A stretch of 63,366 nucleotides of DNA, counting the filler. It is 8 parts of 8 records of this genome, joined end to end, with 100 filler letters (N's around TTAATTAATTAA, not from the genome) between each part and the next. Parts side by side here need not be neighbours in the genome. Positions count along the whole stretch, not along the records: positions 35,202 to 44,289 come from SRR20825010_6141; positions 44,390 to 53,527 come from SRR20825010_6142; 6 more parts are not named here. The stretch is one strand, 5' to 3'. Positions within the stretch are counted from its first letter, which is position 1. Each line of letters begins with the position of its first letter. Under the pieces are notes generated by a model. It was not told where the DNA came from, did not search any database, and worked only from the letters and a program-made list of their open reading frames with translations. The translations under genes and the position numbers were made by a program. Shown one piece after another: positions 41,497-52,674 of the stretch.

Positions 41497-42768
41497 ATGA
41501 AGAAAGTTTTAATACTTCTGTACCTAATGGCGATGCCCCTTTCGTATGGCCAAGAGCAAAAGTTTCAAGGACAACCCCCAGTCAATGCCGTACCCACGGA
41601 TTCACGACCCGTTCAAAAACAATGGAAGGGTCAGTTTGAATTTCCAAATCAGGGCATCACATTTTCAAATGAATTTGAAGGTGCCAGATTGAATGGTATT
41701 GTCCAGAACAGTGACAGTACCTATACAGCCTTGATAACCTCTGAAAATACACCCGTCAACATCAGCCCATGGTATGCGTTCAAGGTCTGGGGCAGGACAA
41801 AGGGTTCCATTGATGTGATGTTGACCTATCAAGCCACTGCAAAGCACAGGTATTACCCCAAGTTGAGCAGGGATGGTATCAATTGGTCGGCACTGGACTC
41901 CTTACGATATCAGGAATTTGAAAAGGGGGAAAGGGCTTTTGGACCAGGGTCTTTGCCCGAGAAGGTACGGTTACGGTTGGAAGTAGGACCCGATACCTTA
42001 TGGGTGGCCGGGCAAGAATTGCAAAATTCCATCATAGTCAATTCATGGATGGACAGTTTGGCCCAAAGTAAATTCGTTTCCAAAAGCACCATCGGCAAAA
42101 GTAGGGAGGGCAGAGACCTCAATATGCTCTGGATAGGGAAAACGGATTCCAAGAGAATGGTCATGATCATTTCTAGACAGCATCCCCCTGAAGTGACGGG
42201 GTACTTGGCAATGAAATCCTTTGTGGAGACCATCACGTCCAATTCAAAATTGGCCAAAAGGTTTCGAAAGAAATTTGGGATATATGTGGTTCCATTGATG
42301 AACCCGGATGGGGTTGACAATGGCTTCTGGAGACATAATACAGGAGGAATTGATTTGAACAGGGACTGGTCAAACTTCAACCAACCGGAAACTCGGGCTG
42401 TAAAAAAGTTCATGGAAGAAAAAGTAAAACAGACCCAAGGAAAATTTTATTTCGGAATCGATTTTCATTCGACCTGGGATGATATCTATTATACTGTGGA
42501 CCCCAAATTAAAGGGGAACATGCCCAATCTGGTATCGACCTGGTTGGACAGTCTAAAAGAGAAAATCGATGGATATGACCCCAATATAAAGCCCAATGAC
42601 CAATTGGTCCCAACCACAGTGTCCCGTAACTATTTCTTTGTGGAGCATGGAGCGGAAGCGTTGGTCTTTGAGGTCGGGGATAATACACCCAAGGATTTTT
42701 TAAAGGAAAAAGCCAACAAGGGTGCCAGTGAGCTCATGCGGATCATGTTGGAGCGTATCAAGGACTAG
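41497..42768 (+). CDS. Secreted M14 zinc carboxypeptidase (Nna1/CCP-like)
   Basis: Signal peptide; FEGARL and WYAF N-domain; RQHPPE (HxxE), PLMNPDG, RHN.GGIDLNRDW, IDFHS, FEVGD. Confidence 0.9.
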   Translation: MKKVLILLYLMAMPLSYGQEQKFQGQPPVNAVPTDSRPVQKQWKGQFEFPNQGITFSNEFEGARLNGIVQNSDSTYTALITSENTPVNISPWYAFKVWGRTKGSIDVMLTYQATAKHRYYPKLSRDGINWSALDSLRYQEFEKGERAFGPGSLPEKVRLRLEVGPDTLWVAGQELQNSIIVNSWMDSLAQSKFVSKSTIGKSREGRDLNMLWIGKTDSKRMVMIISRQHPPEVTGYLAMKSFVETITSNSKLAKRFRKKFGIYVVPLMNPDGVDNGFWRHNTGGIDLNRDWSNFNQPETRAVKKFMEEKVKQTQGKFYFGIDFHSTWDDIYYTVDPKLKGNMPNLVSTWLDSLKEKIDGYDPNIKPNDQLVPTTVSRNYFFVEHGAEALVFEVGDNTPKDFLKEKANKGASELMRIMLERIKD

Positions 42769-42884
42769 TCCAACCTGTTTAGTTTAGAAATGGTCGGGGA
42801 TCATTAATCTGAAAAGGAAAGCCACGCCCGTTCCCGTACCTACAACCAATATTTTTAGTACATAGTATTCAAAAACAAAACCAA

Positions 42885-44289
42885 ATGAAAAAACTCCTTT
42901 ACCTCCTTCCCATCCTATTCCTTTTTGCAAACTGTACCCGCAAGGTACCTCCTAAGCCTACGGGACTGGTGGCCGATCATGCCATGGTTGTCTCAGCGCG
43001 GGAGGAGGCCTCCAAAATTGGGGTGGAGATCATGAAAAAGGGGGGCAATGCCTTTGATGCCATGGTAGCCACAGAACTATCCCTTGCCGTGGCCTACCCC
43101 TTTGCAGGAAACCTTGGCGGTGGTGGTTTTATGGTTTATCGCAAGAACAATGGCGAAGTGGGCAGTATCGACTATAGGGAGAAAGCCCCTTTATCTGCAC
43201 ATAAGGATATGTATTTGGATTCCCTGGGCAATGTCATCCCTGGCATGAGTACTTCTGGAGCAACGGCATCCGGTGTTCCGGGAACGGTGGCCGGTGTCTT
43301 GGCGGTACATGAAAAATTTGGAAACCTTTCCCTGAAAGAAATTATGGAACCCATAATTTCCCTGGCAAGAAGGGGAGTAGTGGTAACCAAAAAACAGGCG
43401 AATCGCTTGGAGCGGACCCGCGACCGGTTCATTGAGGTCAATGGAGACAGTACAAAATTTGCCGGGCCGTTCAAAGAAGGTGATACCATTAAATATCCTG
43501 AACTGGCCACTACCTTGGAAATCATCATGAAAAAGGGCAAGGACGGCTTCTACAAAGGCGAGGTTGCCCAGAAACTGGCTGCCTACATCCAAGAAAATGG
43601 CGGTTTCATCACAGAAGAGGACCTTGCCAAATATGAGGCCAAGTGGAGAGATCCCATTGTGTTCGACTACAAGGATCTACACATCATATCCATGGGGCCG
43701 CCAAGCAGCGGAGGGATGACCATCAACCAGATATTCAAAATCATGGAACCCTATGATGTCACAAAATTTGGACATAATTCCACCAAGACCATCCAGTTGT
43801 TCACGGAAGCGGCCAGACGTGCCTATGCTGACAGAAATTATTTTTTGGGAGACCCCGATTTTGTGGACATCCCTTATGGCATGCTGTTGAACGACAAATA
43901 TCTTCAAGTAAGGATGGCCAATTTCACTTTTGACAGGGCCACACCCTCATCCGATGTCGGTCAAGGTGATATTGCAATTTATGAGAGTATGGAAACGACC
44001 CATTACTCCATTGTGGACAGCGAGGGAAACGCTATTTCCGCAACCACCACCCTGAACGGGGGATATGGTTCCAAACTGTATATTGAAGAATTGGGCTTCT
44101 TCATGAACAATGAAATGGATGATTTCAGTTCCAAACCAGGAGTGCCCAATATGTTTGGTTTGATTGGGACCGAAGCCAACAGCATTGCACCGGAAAAGCG
44201 AATGCTGAGCAGTATGACGCCCACTATAGTTGAAAAGGACGGGGAGTTGTACATGGTTGTGGGAACCCCTGGCGGTTCCACTATTATCA
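42885..44289 (+). CDS. ggt: Gamma-glutamyltransferase (probable lipoprotein), 3'-truncated
   Basis: GGNAFDA, NLGGGGF, DYREKAP, GVPGTVAG, PPSSGG, autocleavage site ETTHYS, NNEMDDFS, LSSMTPT, GTPGGSTII. Confidence 0.96.
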
Positions 44290-44389
44290 NNNNNNNNNNN
44301 NNNNNNNNNNNNNNNNNNNNNNNNNNNNNNNNNTTAATTAATTAANNNNNNNNNNNNNNNNNNNNNNNNNNNNNNNNNNNNNNNNNNNN
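44290..44389. other. Artificial contig spacer
   Basis: N-run with TTAATTAATTAA. Confidence 0.99.
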
Positions 44390-44390
44390 A

Positions 44391-46292
44391 GAATGTCCAT
44401 AATACATTGTTTTCAAAAGCATAAAGTCTTGTGTCGTAGTCGTCAGTATCGAATAATGCTATTCTCCCCGTTAGCCTAAACTTACTGAAACTGTACTGAG
44501 CATCCTGCAGAATCATAAAGCCAGCCGATTTTTGATCATTATAATTGACTCTACTGAATAGAATCCTTGATCGAAAAAAGAAAGTTTTACTGACGTGATA
44601 TTCCAGACTGAGTAATCCATTTACCTTATTTAATGGTCTGATTTGATAGGGGAGCGATGGCTCTCCCGAATCCGAAAGATTCCTATCCTTTTGCTCTTCC
44701 CTTATTTGAAAGAATGCGATAAGGTTTCTATTTGGCTGAAAGCTGATTCTGGTTAGCCATTCATAGCCTTTGGATGGAGCATATACTCTGTATCTAAACC
44801 ATGGAAACCTGAAATAATCATAATAAGCATTGATCTTCCATTTGGGAATTGGCTTGACTTGGATGCCCAAGTATAGACCTTGTTCATTTGCTGGCTTTGT
44901 GCTTTCTGAAAATGAGTTGGCGTAGAAACTGTGAAAATCTTTATCATACTTTCTCCATAGAGCCGAAAAATCTACCTGCTTGCTTAAGCTTGATACAAAT
45001 CCTATTACGTTTCCTGTTCCACCAGATTGGGAAATGGCTGATTCACCAAATAGAAAGAAGTTTTTCCAATTGTAGTTCAGATAAATGCTGCCTGTGTTAT
45101 TGCTCTTTCCTGCAAAGTCAAACTGATTGTAAAGGGTAGGTTCCTTAACCCAAGAGTGATCAAATTTTGTGAAGAGGTAGTTGGTGCCAACTTGCAGCTT
45201 TCCGGAAGTTGGAGAAAACTGGACATTTCCTCCTAGATTTAATTCGCGAAATTGATTTTTAGTACTGAGTTCACTGGAAGTACGATGAAGCCCACTTTGG
45301 TTGAATGAATTGATCGTCAAATCCTCGGTACTCAGTGTATCCAAACTGCTAGAAGCTCGGCCATCTCGTGGAGCATGGGAAGCTATCAAGCTGCTTTGCC
45401 ATTTTCCGCTTTGATAAGTAAGACCAGCACCTCGAAAAAACCCAAATTCTAATGCAGCTGTATAAGGCAAAATCCCAATACTACTTCTTCTAACTGTTGG
45501 AACTGTTTCTGCTCCTTTTCCCAGAGAATAGCCAGCGCCAAAAACTAAGCCTTGACCAAATTGAGCTTGGAAATCTCCTAATGCAATGGTTTTCCATTTC
45601 CCCACATAATACTTAGTGAAGTGAAAGGAGGAAAAGTTGAAACCATATCTAGCTGTCTTCTCATCCCAGGTGAACTGCTCACCAGGATCTTTGTCTAAAG
45701 TAAAGCCAAGACTAAAATCCCGTGCATGTTGTATTCGAAATCTGAGATATAATTCATTAGGATCACCTAAATACCTGCTTGATACTTTTCCAGTAGAACT
45801 CGTGTCTGCAGGTGTGAACCCTTTGCGGGTTTCCCAAGTACGACGATGACGAAGCATAAAATATGCTTGTTCTTCAGTTGCAACTCGCTTCCAAAAGGAT
45901 TGAGTTTGATTTGAAGTGCCAGCACCTAAAATTAAAAAAGGAAGAATCTGCTCTATGGTTTTGAGGTCAAAACCTGGAACGGCTTGCAGCTCATAAAGAG
46001 AAATTAGTGGCCCATGCTTGGTTCTATAGGTGATCAAACTACTGATTTGTAAAGGATCGAGTAGGTAGCTGGAAGCCAGAGTTTCCGCACTTGCGCGGTT
46101 GATGTCCATGGGGTTTAGATATAGTTGGAGGAGCACTTCGTAAATAGATTCGTAATCCAAATCCTCATCTTGTACAGGGAAAAGACGTTCCATAAACGAT
46201 TCTAAGTCTATTTCTTTTTGTGGAGGCTGTTGTGAGTGCGCATGATAGCTCATCCAAAAAACCAGAATAGCTATGAGGGTGATAGCTTTCAT
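44391..46292 (-). CDS. ComEA-like helix-hairpin-helix domain fused to a predicted outer-membrane beta-barrel, 3'-truncated
   Basis: Signal peptide; HhH region PMDINRAS...YRTKHGPLISLYELQAVPGF; long aromatic-rich amphipathic strand region (DKDPGE, LGDFQAQFGQGL). Confidence 0.8.
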
Positions 46293-47110
46293 TTTTCGAC
46301 AAAAGAAAATCCCAAACTCAAATGATTTGTACTTCCCAAAGCCTGATTTTGCCCGTATGCATAATCCAGACTGCAGCGGTTTGATTTCAAGCCTACTCCA
46401 GAAAATAACCTGCTTGGATTGCTATTGATGCCTGTACGAAGGAATATCCAGTCTTTGATTCCATATTCTATTCCGGCTTTTATGACAGGTTTGATTTGTA
46501 TATCCTTTTCCACTTCGAGATGGAACTGGAGTTGAGATATAGGAAGGTAAAAGAGGCCCAAGCTTACTCCGGTTGGAAGTCTTGTGTCGGAGTCCTTAGA
46601 GATCTTAGTTCTGTTTAGGTTGGAAATACTAGCGCCAATAGAGAATTGTGGACTGAGTTCCGCCATTCCTCCAAGACTAAAAATAAGGCTGTTACCAGTT
46701 CCGAAGCCTTCTATTTGAGTTTGAAATAATTCTAATTTTCCGCCAATGCTTACAATACCCAATTGATTTGCAAATGCTAGTCCGAGGGTTTGCTGGTTGA
46801 ATAACTTTCCTCCATAGCGGGAAACTCCAAAGCCCAAAGTTCCTGCTTTTACTTTCCATGATCCGACTAAGGCAGTAGTACTAAGTTCTTTAAGCCCAAA
46901 TCGATTATCATATCCGGCCGAGATTGCCGAATACTCTAGTTTTGCCAGTCCTCCAGGATTATTGAAATAGCTCCAAGTGTCCATGCCATGCACGCGTAGA
47001 TTACCCATGCTTTGACTTCTAGCACCGTGTACTTGAGTCAGCGGGTCTGTTTGTCCTATTGCGGAAAAATTCAGACAAAGCAGGAAGCAGGAAAAAATCA
47101 AGTGCTTCAT
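46289..47110 (-). CDS. Hypothetical outer-membrane beta-barrel (PorV/FadL-like N-terminus)
   Basis: Signal peptide; GARSQSMG...FNNPGGLA motif; alternating beta-strands ending HLSLGFSF; overlaps the start of the downstream gene. Confidence 0.7.
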   Translation of the reverse strand: MKHLIFSCFLLCLNFSAIGQTDPLTQVHGARSQSMGNLRVHGMDTWSYFNNPGGLAKLEYSAISAGYDNRFGLKELSTTALVGSWKVKAGTLGFGVSRYGGKLFNQQTLGLAFANQLGIVSIGGKLELFQTQIEGFGTGNSLIFSLGGMAELSPQFSIGASISNLNRTKISKDSDTRLPTGVSLGLFYLPISQLQFHLEVEKDIQIKPVIKAGIEYGIKDWIFLRTGINSNPSRLFSGVGLKSNRCSLDYAYGQNQALGSTNHLSLGFSFVEK

Positions 47111-47195
47111 AATAGATCGAAAAAAGCCTTAACTAATTTAGTTAAAAACTTGATAATCAATCTAAGAGCTTAATTATTTTTTTATGAGGGAACCC

Positions 47196-48656
47196 TTAAA
47201 AAGGGGTAGAAAAGTTAAAGAAGAAGTTGCCTTCATTTCTATTATTCAATGAGTATTCAAAACGCAACACTGAATCGTAGAAACCAACTAAATCTATTCC
47301 TGTACCATATCCCATGAGATATTTATTCGCTAGACGAGAATTTTCAGGAATGTGGTTTCTATCCTTTACATAGCCGTGATCGAAATTCGCACTCAGGTAC
47401 AGACGGATAGGAATAGTGCTGAATTGCTCCAGTTGCACCAAATTGGAAATATCTATTTCCCAATCAACGAATTTCCAACGGAAACTATTTTTGTGCACAT
47501 AAAGCTGCTGTCCTTCGACCACATTCAATTCATACCCACGAATAAAGTTTGGATTGTACCCTATTCCTCTAACTAGTGTGTAAGGTTGACTTTTGCTCAA
47601 GAACCAATCAGCAGTTAATCCAGTATTGAAGTGGAATTTATCAGAAAACTTAAAATACTTGTTAGCCGTGAGGTTTACTTCCACTTCATCAAGTTCCTCA
47701 GTGTAGATTATACCATATTTTGTGATAGACAGTTGGAGTAATTCCCCGTCAGTAGCATAGGATACATTGTCTCTGCGATCATGTCTAAAAGTATAAGTCG
47801 CATACAAATACCTTAATTTATCACCACCATGCTGGAAATAATCTGGATTTTCCATTAACACTTCATTAGCTACGCGTGTACCACTATACCCTAAGGTTAG
47901 GAAGTGATAGTTGTAGTAACTTCTTCGATAGGTATAGCGAAGGGCTGCAGCGAAGCTTTTCTTAATGATATCTTCTTTCTCGTTGGTGTAGAAGACTTGC
48001 TTATTGAACTCAGATTTGATGGGGATGGTCTTATTTTCTTTGAAAGTCAGCTGAGCTGCAAGGCCATGTTTCTGGTTTTTGTCGATATAGGGCTTACTGT
48101 ATTGCAAGTCTATAGCTTTAGTAAAGCCAAGTTGTCCTGCAAATTTGAGTTTTTCATTTCTGCCACCTACGTTGCTATGACTAAGTCTTAGACCGTAATT
48201 TACTCTGGAGAAGTCTCTGTTTTGATTTGTCCACCACTCCGAGAAGTTTCTGTCTGCAAGCTGAAAGATGATTTGAGGAAGAATATACCAGCGTTCCTTT
48301 ACAGTAATTAAGATTTCTACCTCCCTGTCGCTAGTAATTAATGGAGTAATTTCGACTGACGTGAAAAGTCTAAGATTGTAGATTTTCTTTTGGTCAGCTA
48401 TTAGTATTTCGAGGAAAGTATTCCAATCGTAGTAGAAATCGGTAGTAAAATCTAATTCTCTGAGAATTACACTTTTTTTTGTTTTTACATTTCCTACGAT
48501 GAAAATGTTATTAACTGTAACGCTATCTGGAGAATTTCTACTAGCAGGAGCATAGGACGTATCGCCCTGAGCAAAGGAAGTATTCCCCCATGGCTCAATG
48601 AAAAGAGCTAGGATTAGGAAAGAGATATAAAGGATATTTTGATTCTTGATAATCAA
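47196..48656 (-). CDS. POTRA-domain Omp85 (BamA/TamA-like) outer-membrane protein
   Basis: [14 protein letters not shown]...[10 protein letters not shown]...VKERWY single POTRA; IRGYE motif; C-terminal Phe. Start uncertain. Confidence 0.82.
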   Translation of the reverse strand: MIIKNQNILYISFLILALFIEPWGNTSFAQGDTSYAPASRNSPDSVTVNNIFIVGNVKTKKSVILRELDFTTDFYYDWNTFLEILIADQKKIYNLRLFTSVEITPLITSDREVEILITVKERWYILPQIIFQLADRNFSEWWTNQNRDFSRVNYGLRLSHSNVGGRNEKLKFAGQLGFTKAIDLQYSKPYIDKNQKHGLAAQLTFKENKTIPIKSEFNKQVFYTNEKEDIIKKSFAAALRYTYRRSYYNYHFLTLGYSGTRVANEVLMENPDYFQHGGDKLRYLYATYTFRHDRRDNVSYATDGELLQLSITKYGIIYTEELDEVEVNLTANKYFKFSDKFHFNTGLTADWFLSKSQPYTLVRGIGYNPNFIRGYELNVVEGQQLYVHKNSFRWKFVDWEIDISNLVQLEQFSTIPIRLYLSANFDHGYVKDRNHIPENSRLANKYLMGYGTGIDLVGFYDSVLRFEYSLNNRNEGNFFFNFSTPF

Positions 48657-48720
48657 GAGGGAATTCAGATTGAAAATATTTGGTTACTTACGCAATCGCT
48701 TACACTTAGGACTTACATTC

Positions 48721-48945
48721 ATGGCAAAATCCATACTTCGAAAGATAGCTATATTTCCAGTATTGGTCTATCAATACACTATATCTCCCTTATTTCCTTC
48801 TAGCTGCAGGTTTACGCCTACTTGTAGCCAATACATGAAGGAGTCAATAATGAAGCATGGAGTTTTGCCAGGAGGCTGGATGGGACTGAAACGAATTGCC
48901 CGTTGCCACCCTTGGGGAGGCCACGGGCATGATCCAGTACCTTAG
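48721..48945 (+). CDS. yidD: Membrane protein insertion efficiency factor
   Basis: [40 protein letters not shown] 48721. Confidence 0.95.
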   Translation: MAKSILRKIAIFPVLVYQYTISPLFPSSCRFTPTCSQYMKESIMKHGVLPGGWMGLKRIARCHPWGGHGHDPVP

Positions 48946-50045
48946 TTTTTGATAGGCTTCACACCATTTTTCATTGCTCTAGCCACCAATACCACTCCGG
49001 CGATTACAAGAGGAACACTAAGTATTTGTCCCATATTGAAGGCCATACCATCTTCAAAATCCACCTGGCTTTCTTTGAAGAACTCCCAGACGAATCGCAT
49101 ACCAAATACGGAGATGAGGAATATGCCAAGGAGAAGTCCATCTGGCAAACGGTCTTTGTATTTGTTCCAAAGCCCGAAAAGCACAAGGAAAATCACGAAA
49201 TAGGAGAGTGACTCGTAGATCTGTGTCGGATGCTTTGTTCTACCGAAGGTTCGGACTGTTACTAAATAGTGGTCTCCCTTATCAGCAACGGACATATCCA
49301 AAGGACTTTCTACCGGTTCTGCTAAGTAATCTTGGCTAGAGTTGAACTGTGTTAAAGCATACTTGATGTCACGTCTCAGAGTGCTTTCTAATTCTTCCAA
49401 AGTATAGGATCCTTTGTTAATCTCTAGGTCAATATTTAAAGGGACTATACCATTTCCAACTAATTCATTTTGGCGGTCATCAGGCTTATATGGGTCGATA
49501 GACTCAATCGGCACCTTCAGTGTAGAAAGTAATTCTTCCGTATCCCAAGCGTAAACTATTCCATAATCAGAGTTCGTGTCTTTCCCGCCAATTTCCGAAT
49601 TCATCAGATTACCAAATCTGATCAATGCACCGGTCATAGCCGTCACGATCACAATTCTGTCAACAACCCATAGGTAACTTTGTCCTGGCGTTCTTTTGGC
49701 ATACATCCAGAGCGCAATTAAAATTGCAATAGCCGCTCCGTGACTGGCAAGTCCACCTTCCCAGACTTTCAAGATCTCTATAGGATTGCTTAAATATTTG
49801 GCAGGCTCATAGAAAAGGACGTGTCCTAGTCTAGCTCCGACTATGGTAGCTACCACCATGTAGATGGTTAGTTTGTCTACCAACTCTGGATTTTGTCCTT
49901 CTTTTTTGAAAAAATGCACCATGAATTGTTGTGAAATCACAAAGCCAGCGGCAAAAAGAATACTATACCAAGGTGGTCTTTCCCAGCCGTGAATTACTGA
50001 AGGGCTAGGGTCCCAAACGAAGTAGTTCATGATTAATTCAAGCAT
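48942..50045 (-). CDS. lgt: Prolipoprotein diacylglyceryl transferase with enlarged periplasmic insert
   Basis: [52 protein letters not shown]. Confidence 0.95.
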   Translation of the reverse strand: MLELIMNYFVWDPSPSVIHGWERPPWYSILFAAGFVISQQFMVHFFKKEGQNPELVDKLTIYMVVATIVGARLGHVLFYEPAKYLSNPIEILKVWEGGLASHGAAIAILIALWMYAKRTPGQSYLWVVDRIVIVTAMTGALIRFGNLMNSEIGGKDTNSDYGIVYAWDTEELLSTLKVPIESIDPYKPDDRQNELVGNGIVPLNIDLEINKGSYTLEELESTLRRDIKYALTQFNSSQDYLAEPVESPLDMSVADKGDHYLVTVRTFGRTKHPTQIYESLSYFVIFLVLFGLWNKYKDRLPDGLLLGIFLISVFGMRFVWEFFKESQVDFEDGMAFNMGQILSVPLVIAGVVLVARAMKNGVKPIKN

Positions 50046-50055
50046 AGTTGATGTT

Positions 50056-51894
50056 TTAAAGTTGATCTAGTTGTGCAAGTTCTTCCGCAAATCCTCCCGA
50101 CAAAATCGGGAATCTGTACCAAGTTTTTGGGTCCACATTGAATTCATCCAAGTGAAAAGAAGGAGCAAGTCTTTCTCTTTTCCATTGATTACGTGACCAA
50201 AGTCGGAAGAATTTTTTGATATAATCTTTCAAAGTGTCAGGTTCCAATTTCAGTTCCTCTGAAAGGATGAGGTAAACATCCATGGGTGAACGTCTGTCAC
50301 GTATAGCAAGTTTTTCTATTTCTACGATTACCGCATAAGGCATCAGGTCTTTTTCGTCTGTCTGTGTTCTTTCCAACGGGCGAAGCTCGGCAGTTGGCTG
50401 CAGGGAGTTTACTTTGGCCAATCCTGGACGATCTAGATTATTCTCTGCCCAACTTAGCCAATTGAGGATAAAGAATTTGTCAACAGCGGCTATGGGAGAA
50501 ATACTTCCCGAAGTATCGCCATCCATGGTCGCATAGCCCACATCACCTTCACTTCTATTGGAGGTGGAGAGAAGCAGGGCATTGTTAATGTTTGCCAGCA
50601 TCCAGATGATAGGAGAGCGGGTCCTCGCTTGGATGTTCTGCAAGGTGATATCATCCTGCTCCCAAGTCAATTTCCTGCCGATGGCTTTTTCTATTTTTGC
50701 GGTATAGGATTTTACTTCCTCGTCGATCTCCCAGTGATAGAATGTAGCTCCTATGCTTTCAGCTAAAGTTTCTGCGCTGGAAAAAGTGTCATCAGAGGAG
50801 TTTTTGGTTCCTTGATAAGCGGTGGTAAGGATTTGCTTCATCAGTTCCTTTTCTGGGTGCTGCGAAGTAGGGAGGTTTTTAATTCCAGCCTTTTTGCAAA
50901 ATCCTTCCAAGCCCAATTCTTCTATCCCCCGCTTCACCATCTCGGCAACCAAGATTGCAATAGAAGAAGAATCTGCGCCACCAGAAAGTGAAAGTACAAA
51001 ACCTGTACTTCGGCTTTTTCTCATGTAATCAAAAAGCGCTAGGGATGAAGCTTGGACAAACTCCTCATTTTTTGAATTAATGAAAGCGATGTCTTGCGTT
51101 TTTGGTTCTAGGTAAAAGCTTTTTACCTGAAAGTCCTCAAAGGAAAGTAGCTTATTACGAGAAAGTAATTTTCCTGATTTGGCAAGCAAGATTTCCCCAT
51201 CGAAGATCATTCTACCTGCCTCATTACCCAGCAAATTTGCATAGCAATAGTAACAATCAAAGGTGGCGGAACTTTCCTCAATTAATTCCTTACGAAGAGC
51301 AGTCTTACCCATGGCAAAATGACTTGCGCTAGGATTGAAAATCAAATCGACTTTGCGATCACACAATCTATATCCAGGTCTAAGCTTTCCTCTCCACGCA
51401 TCTTCGCAGATTTCGAATCCGTAGTGAATTTCTTTATGTTGGAAAGTCAGATCACCAAGAGGCACCATCTGATCCTGAAATTCTATTTCAACGACTTCAT
51501 TAGCCTTCCAAGGTGTGAACCATCGGAATTCGTAATGAACTCCGTCAATTGCCATGAATTGCTTGGCTACAAATCCCTTGACGACTGCATTTTCAATGAC
51601 TGCTACACAATTGTAAACTTTGTCTTGGATTCTGATTGGTAGACCTACCGCGACGGTGATTCCCTCGCAGAGAGGTAGTAGGAGCTCGAGCTGAGCAAGA
51701 GCTTTCTTTGGGAACCAGTAGCTTAAAAATAAATCTTCAGATCCGTATCCTGTGATTGCCAATTCAGGCAGGCACAGGATTTCAGCACCTTGTTTTTTTG
51801 CTTCTTCAATAGCACACGTGATTCTGTTCAGATTGCCTGACCAGTCTAGCGGTGTTTGATTGACGGTTGCTCCCGCGATTTTTATTGAAGACAT
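50056..51894 (-). CDS. nadE: Glutamine-dependent NAD+ synthetase
   Basis: Nitrilase domain (LPELAITGY, EICED) plus synthetase (LSGGADS, QNIQARTR, TSNRSE..VGYAT, PTAELRP, NQWKR). Confidence 0.96.
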   Translation of the reverse strand: MSSIKIAGATVNQTPLDWSGNLNRITCAIEEAKKQGAEILCLPELAITGYGSEDLFLSYWFPKKALAQLELLLPLCEGITVAVGLPIRIQDKVYNCVAVIENAVVKGFVAKQFMAIDGVHYEFRWFTPWKANEVVEIEFQDQMVPLGDLTFQHKEIHYGFEICEDAWRGKLRPGYRLCDRKVDLIFNPSASHFAMGKTALRKELIEESSATFDCYYCYANLLGNEAGRMIFDGEILLAKSGKLLSRNKLLSFEDFQVKSFYLEPKTQDIAFINSKNEEFVQASSLALFDYMRKSRSTGFVLSLSGGADSSSIAILVAEMVKRGIEELGLEGFCKKAGIKNLPTSQHPEKELMKQILTTAYQGTKNSSDDTFSSAETLAESIGATFYHWEIDEEVKSYTAKIEKAIGRKLTWEQDDITLQNIQARTRSPIIWMLANINNALLLSTSNRSEGDVGYATMDGDTSGSISPIAAVDKFFILNWLSWAENNLDRPGLAKVNSLQPTAELRPLERTQTDEKDLMPYAVIVEIEKLAIRDRRSPMDVYLILSEELKLEPDTLKDYIKKFFRLWSRNQWKRERLAPSFHLDEFNVDPKTWYRFPILSGGFAEELAQLDQL

Positions 51895-51925
51895 GGATGG
51901 ATTAATTGATCCTAAAATTACTTAG

Positions 51926-52666
51926 CTAGGTGGCAATAGATAGTATTTCACAGGCATTTTTGGAGGCTTCTTGCTCAGCTTTCTTTTTCGTGCTTCCTTT
52001 TCCCTGTGCTATTTCATCTCCCTCTACTTGTAAAGCGACCTTGAATTCCTTGAATCTTTGATTTCCGCTTACACTGAGGACCACATATTCTACTTGTTTA
52101 TTTTCCTTCTGAGACCACTCGATGATCTTACTTTTGTAATTGGTCGTAGTCGCGATCATGCCTTCTACATCAAAATGTAAAAGGATTCTTTGGGTAATAA
52201 ATTTCTTGGTGAAATGGTATCCCTTGTCCAGGTAAACGGCTCCAAGAAAAGCCTCTAGCATGTCTCCATATAGAGATTTGTTGCCAGTGAAACTACGCTC
52301 TCCGATCTCCATATCCAATGCTTTTCTCAATCCGATTTTAATACCGGTATCGTTGAGGGTTTCTCTGTTGACGAGTTTAGATCTGGTTTCTGTAAGAAAA
52401 CCTTCGTCACGATATGGATATTTTTGGAATAGAAATTCGGCAATGACCGCTCCCAAAATAGCATCTCCGAGGAATTCCAATCGCTCATTGGAAATACGGA
52501 AGCCTTGGGAGGTTTCTGAACCAAGACTAGAAGGGGTGAGGGCAAGCTTGTAGAGTGATAAATTAAAAGGCCTGCTCCCTATCATCAATTTGATGGAGGT
52601 AGCAAGCCTTTTGTCTTTTTCACTAAAGAAGAGATTGTTAAACCCGAGTCTTTGAAATAATTTCAA
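51926..52666 (-). CDS. rnc: Ribonuclease III
   Basis: SNERLEFLGDAILG, EGFLTE.RS, D.LEAFLGAVYLD, C-terminal dsRBD. Confidence 0.96.
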   Translation of the reverse strand: MKLFQRLGFNNLFFSEKDKRLATSIKLMIGSRPFNLSLYKLALTPSSLGSETSQGFRISNERLEFLGDAILGAVIAEFLFQKYPYRDEGFLTETRSKLVNRETLNDTGIKIGLRKALDMEIGERSFTGNKSLYGDMLEAFLGAVYLDKGYHFTKKFITQRILLHFDVEGMIATTTNYKSKIIEWSQKENKQVEYVVLSVSGNQRFKEFKVALQVEGDEIAQGKGSTKKKAEQEASKNACEILSIAT

Positions 52667-52674
52667 AATTCAGA

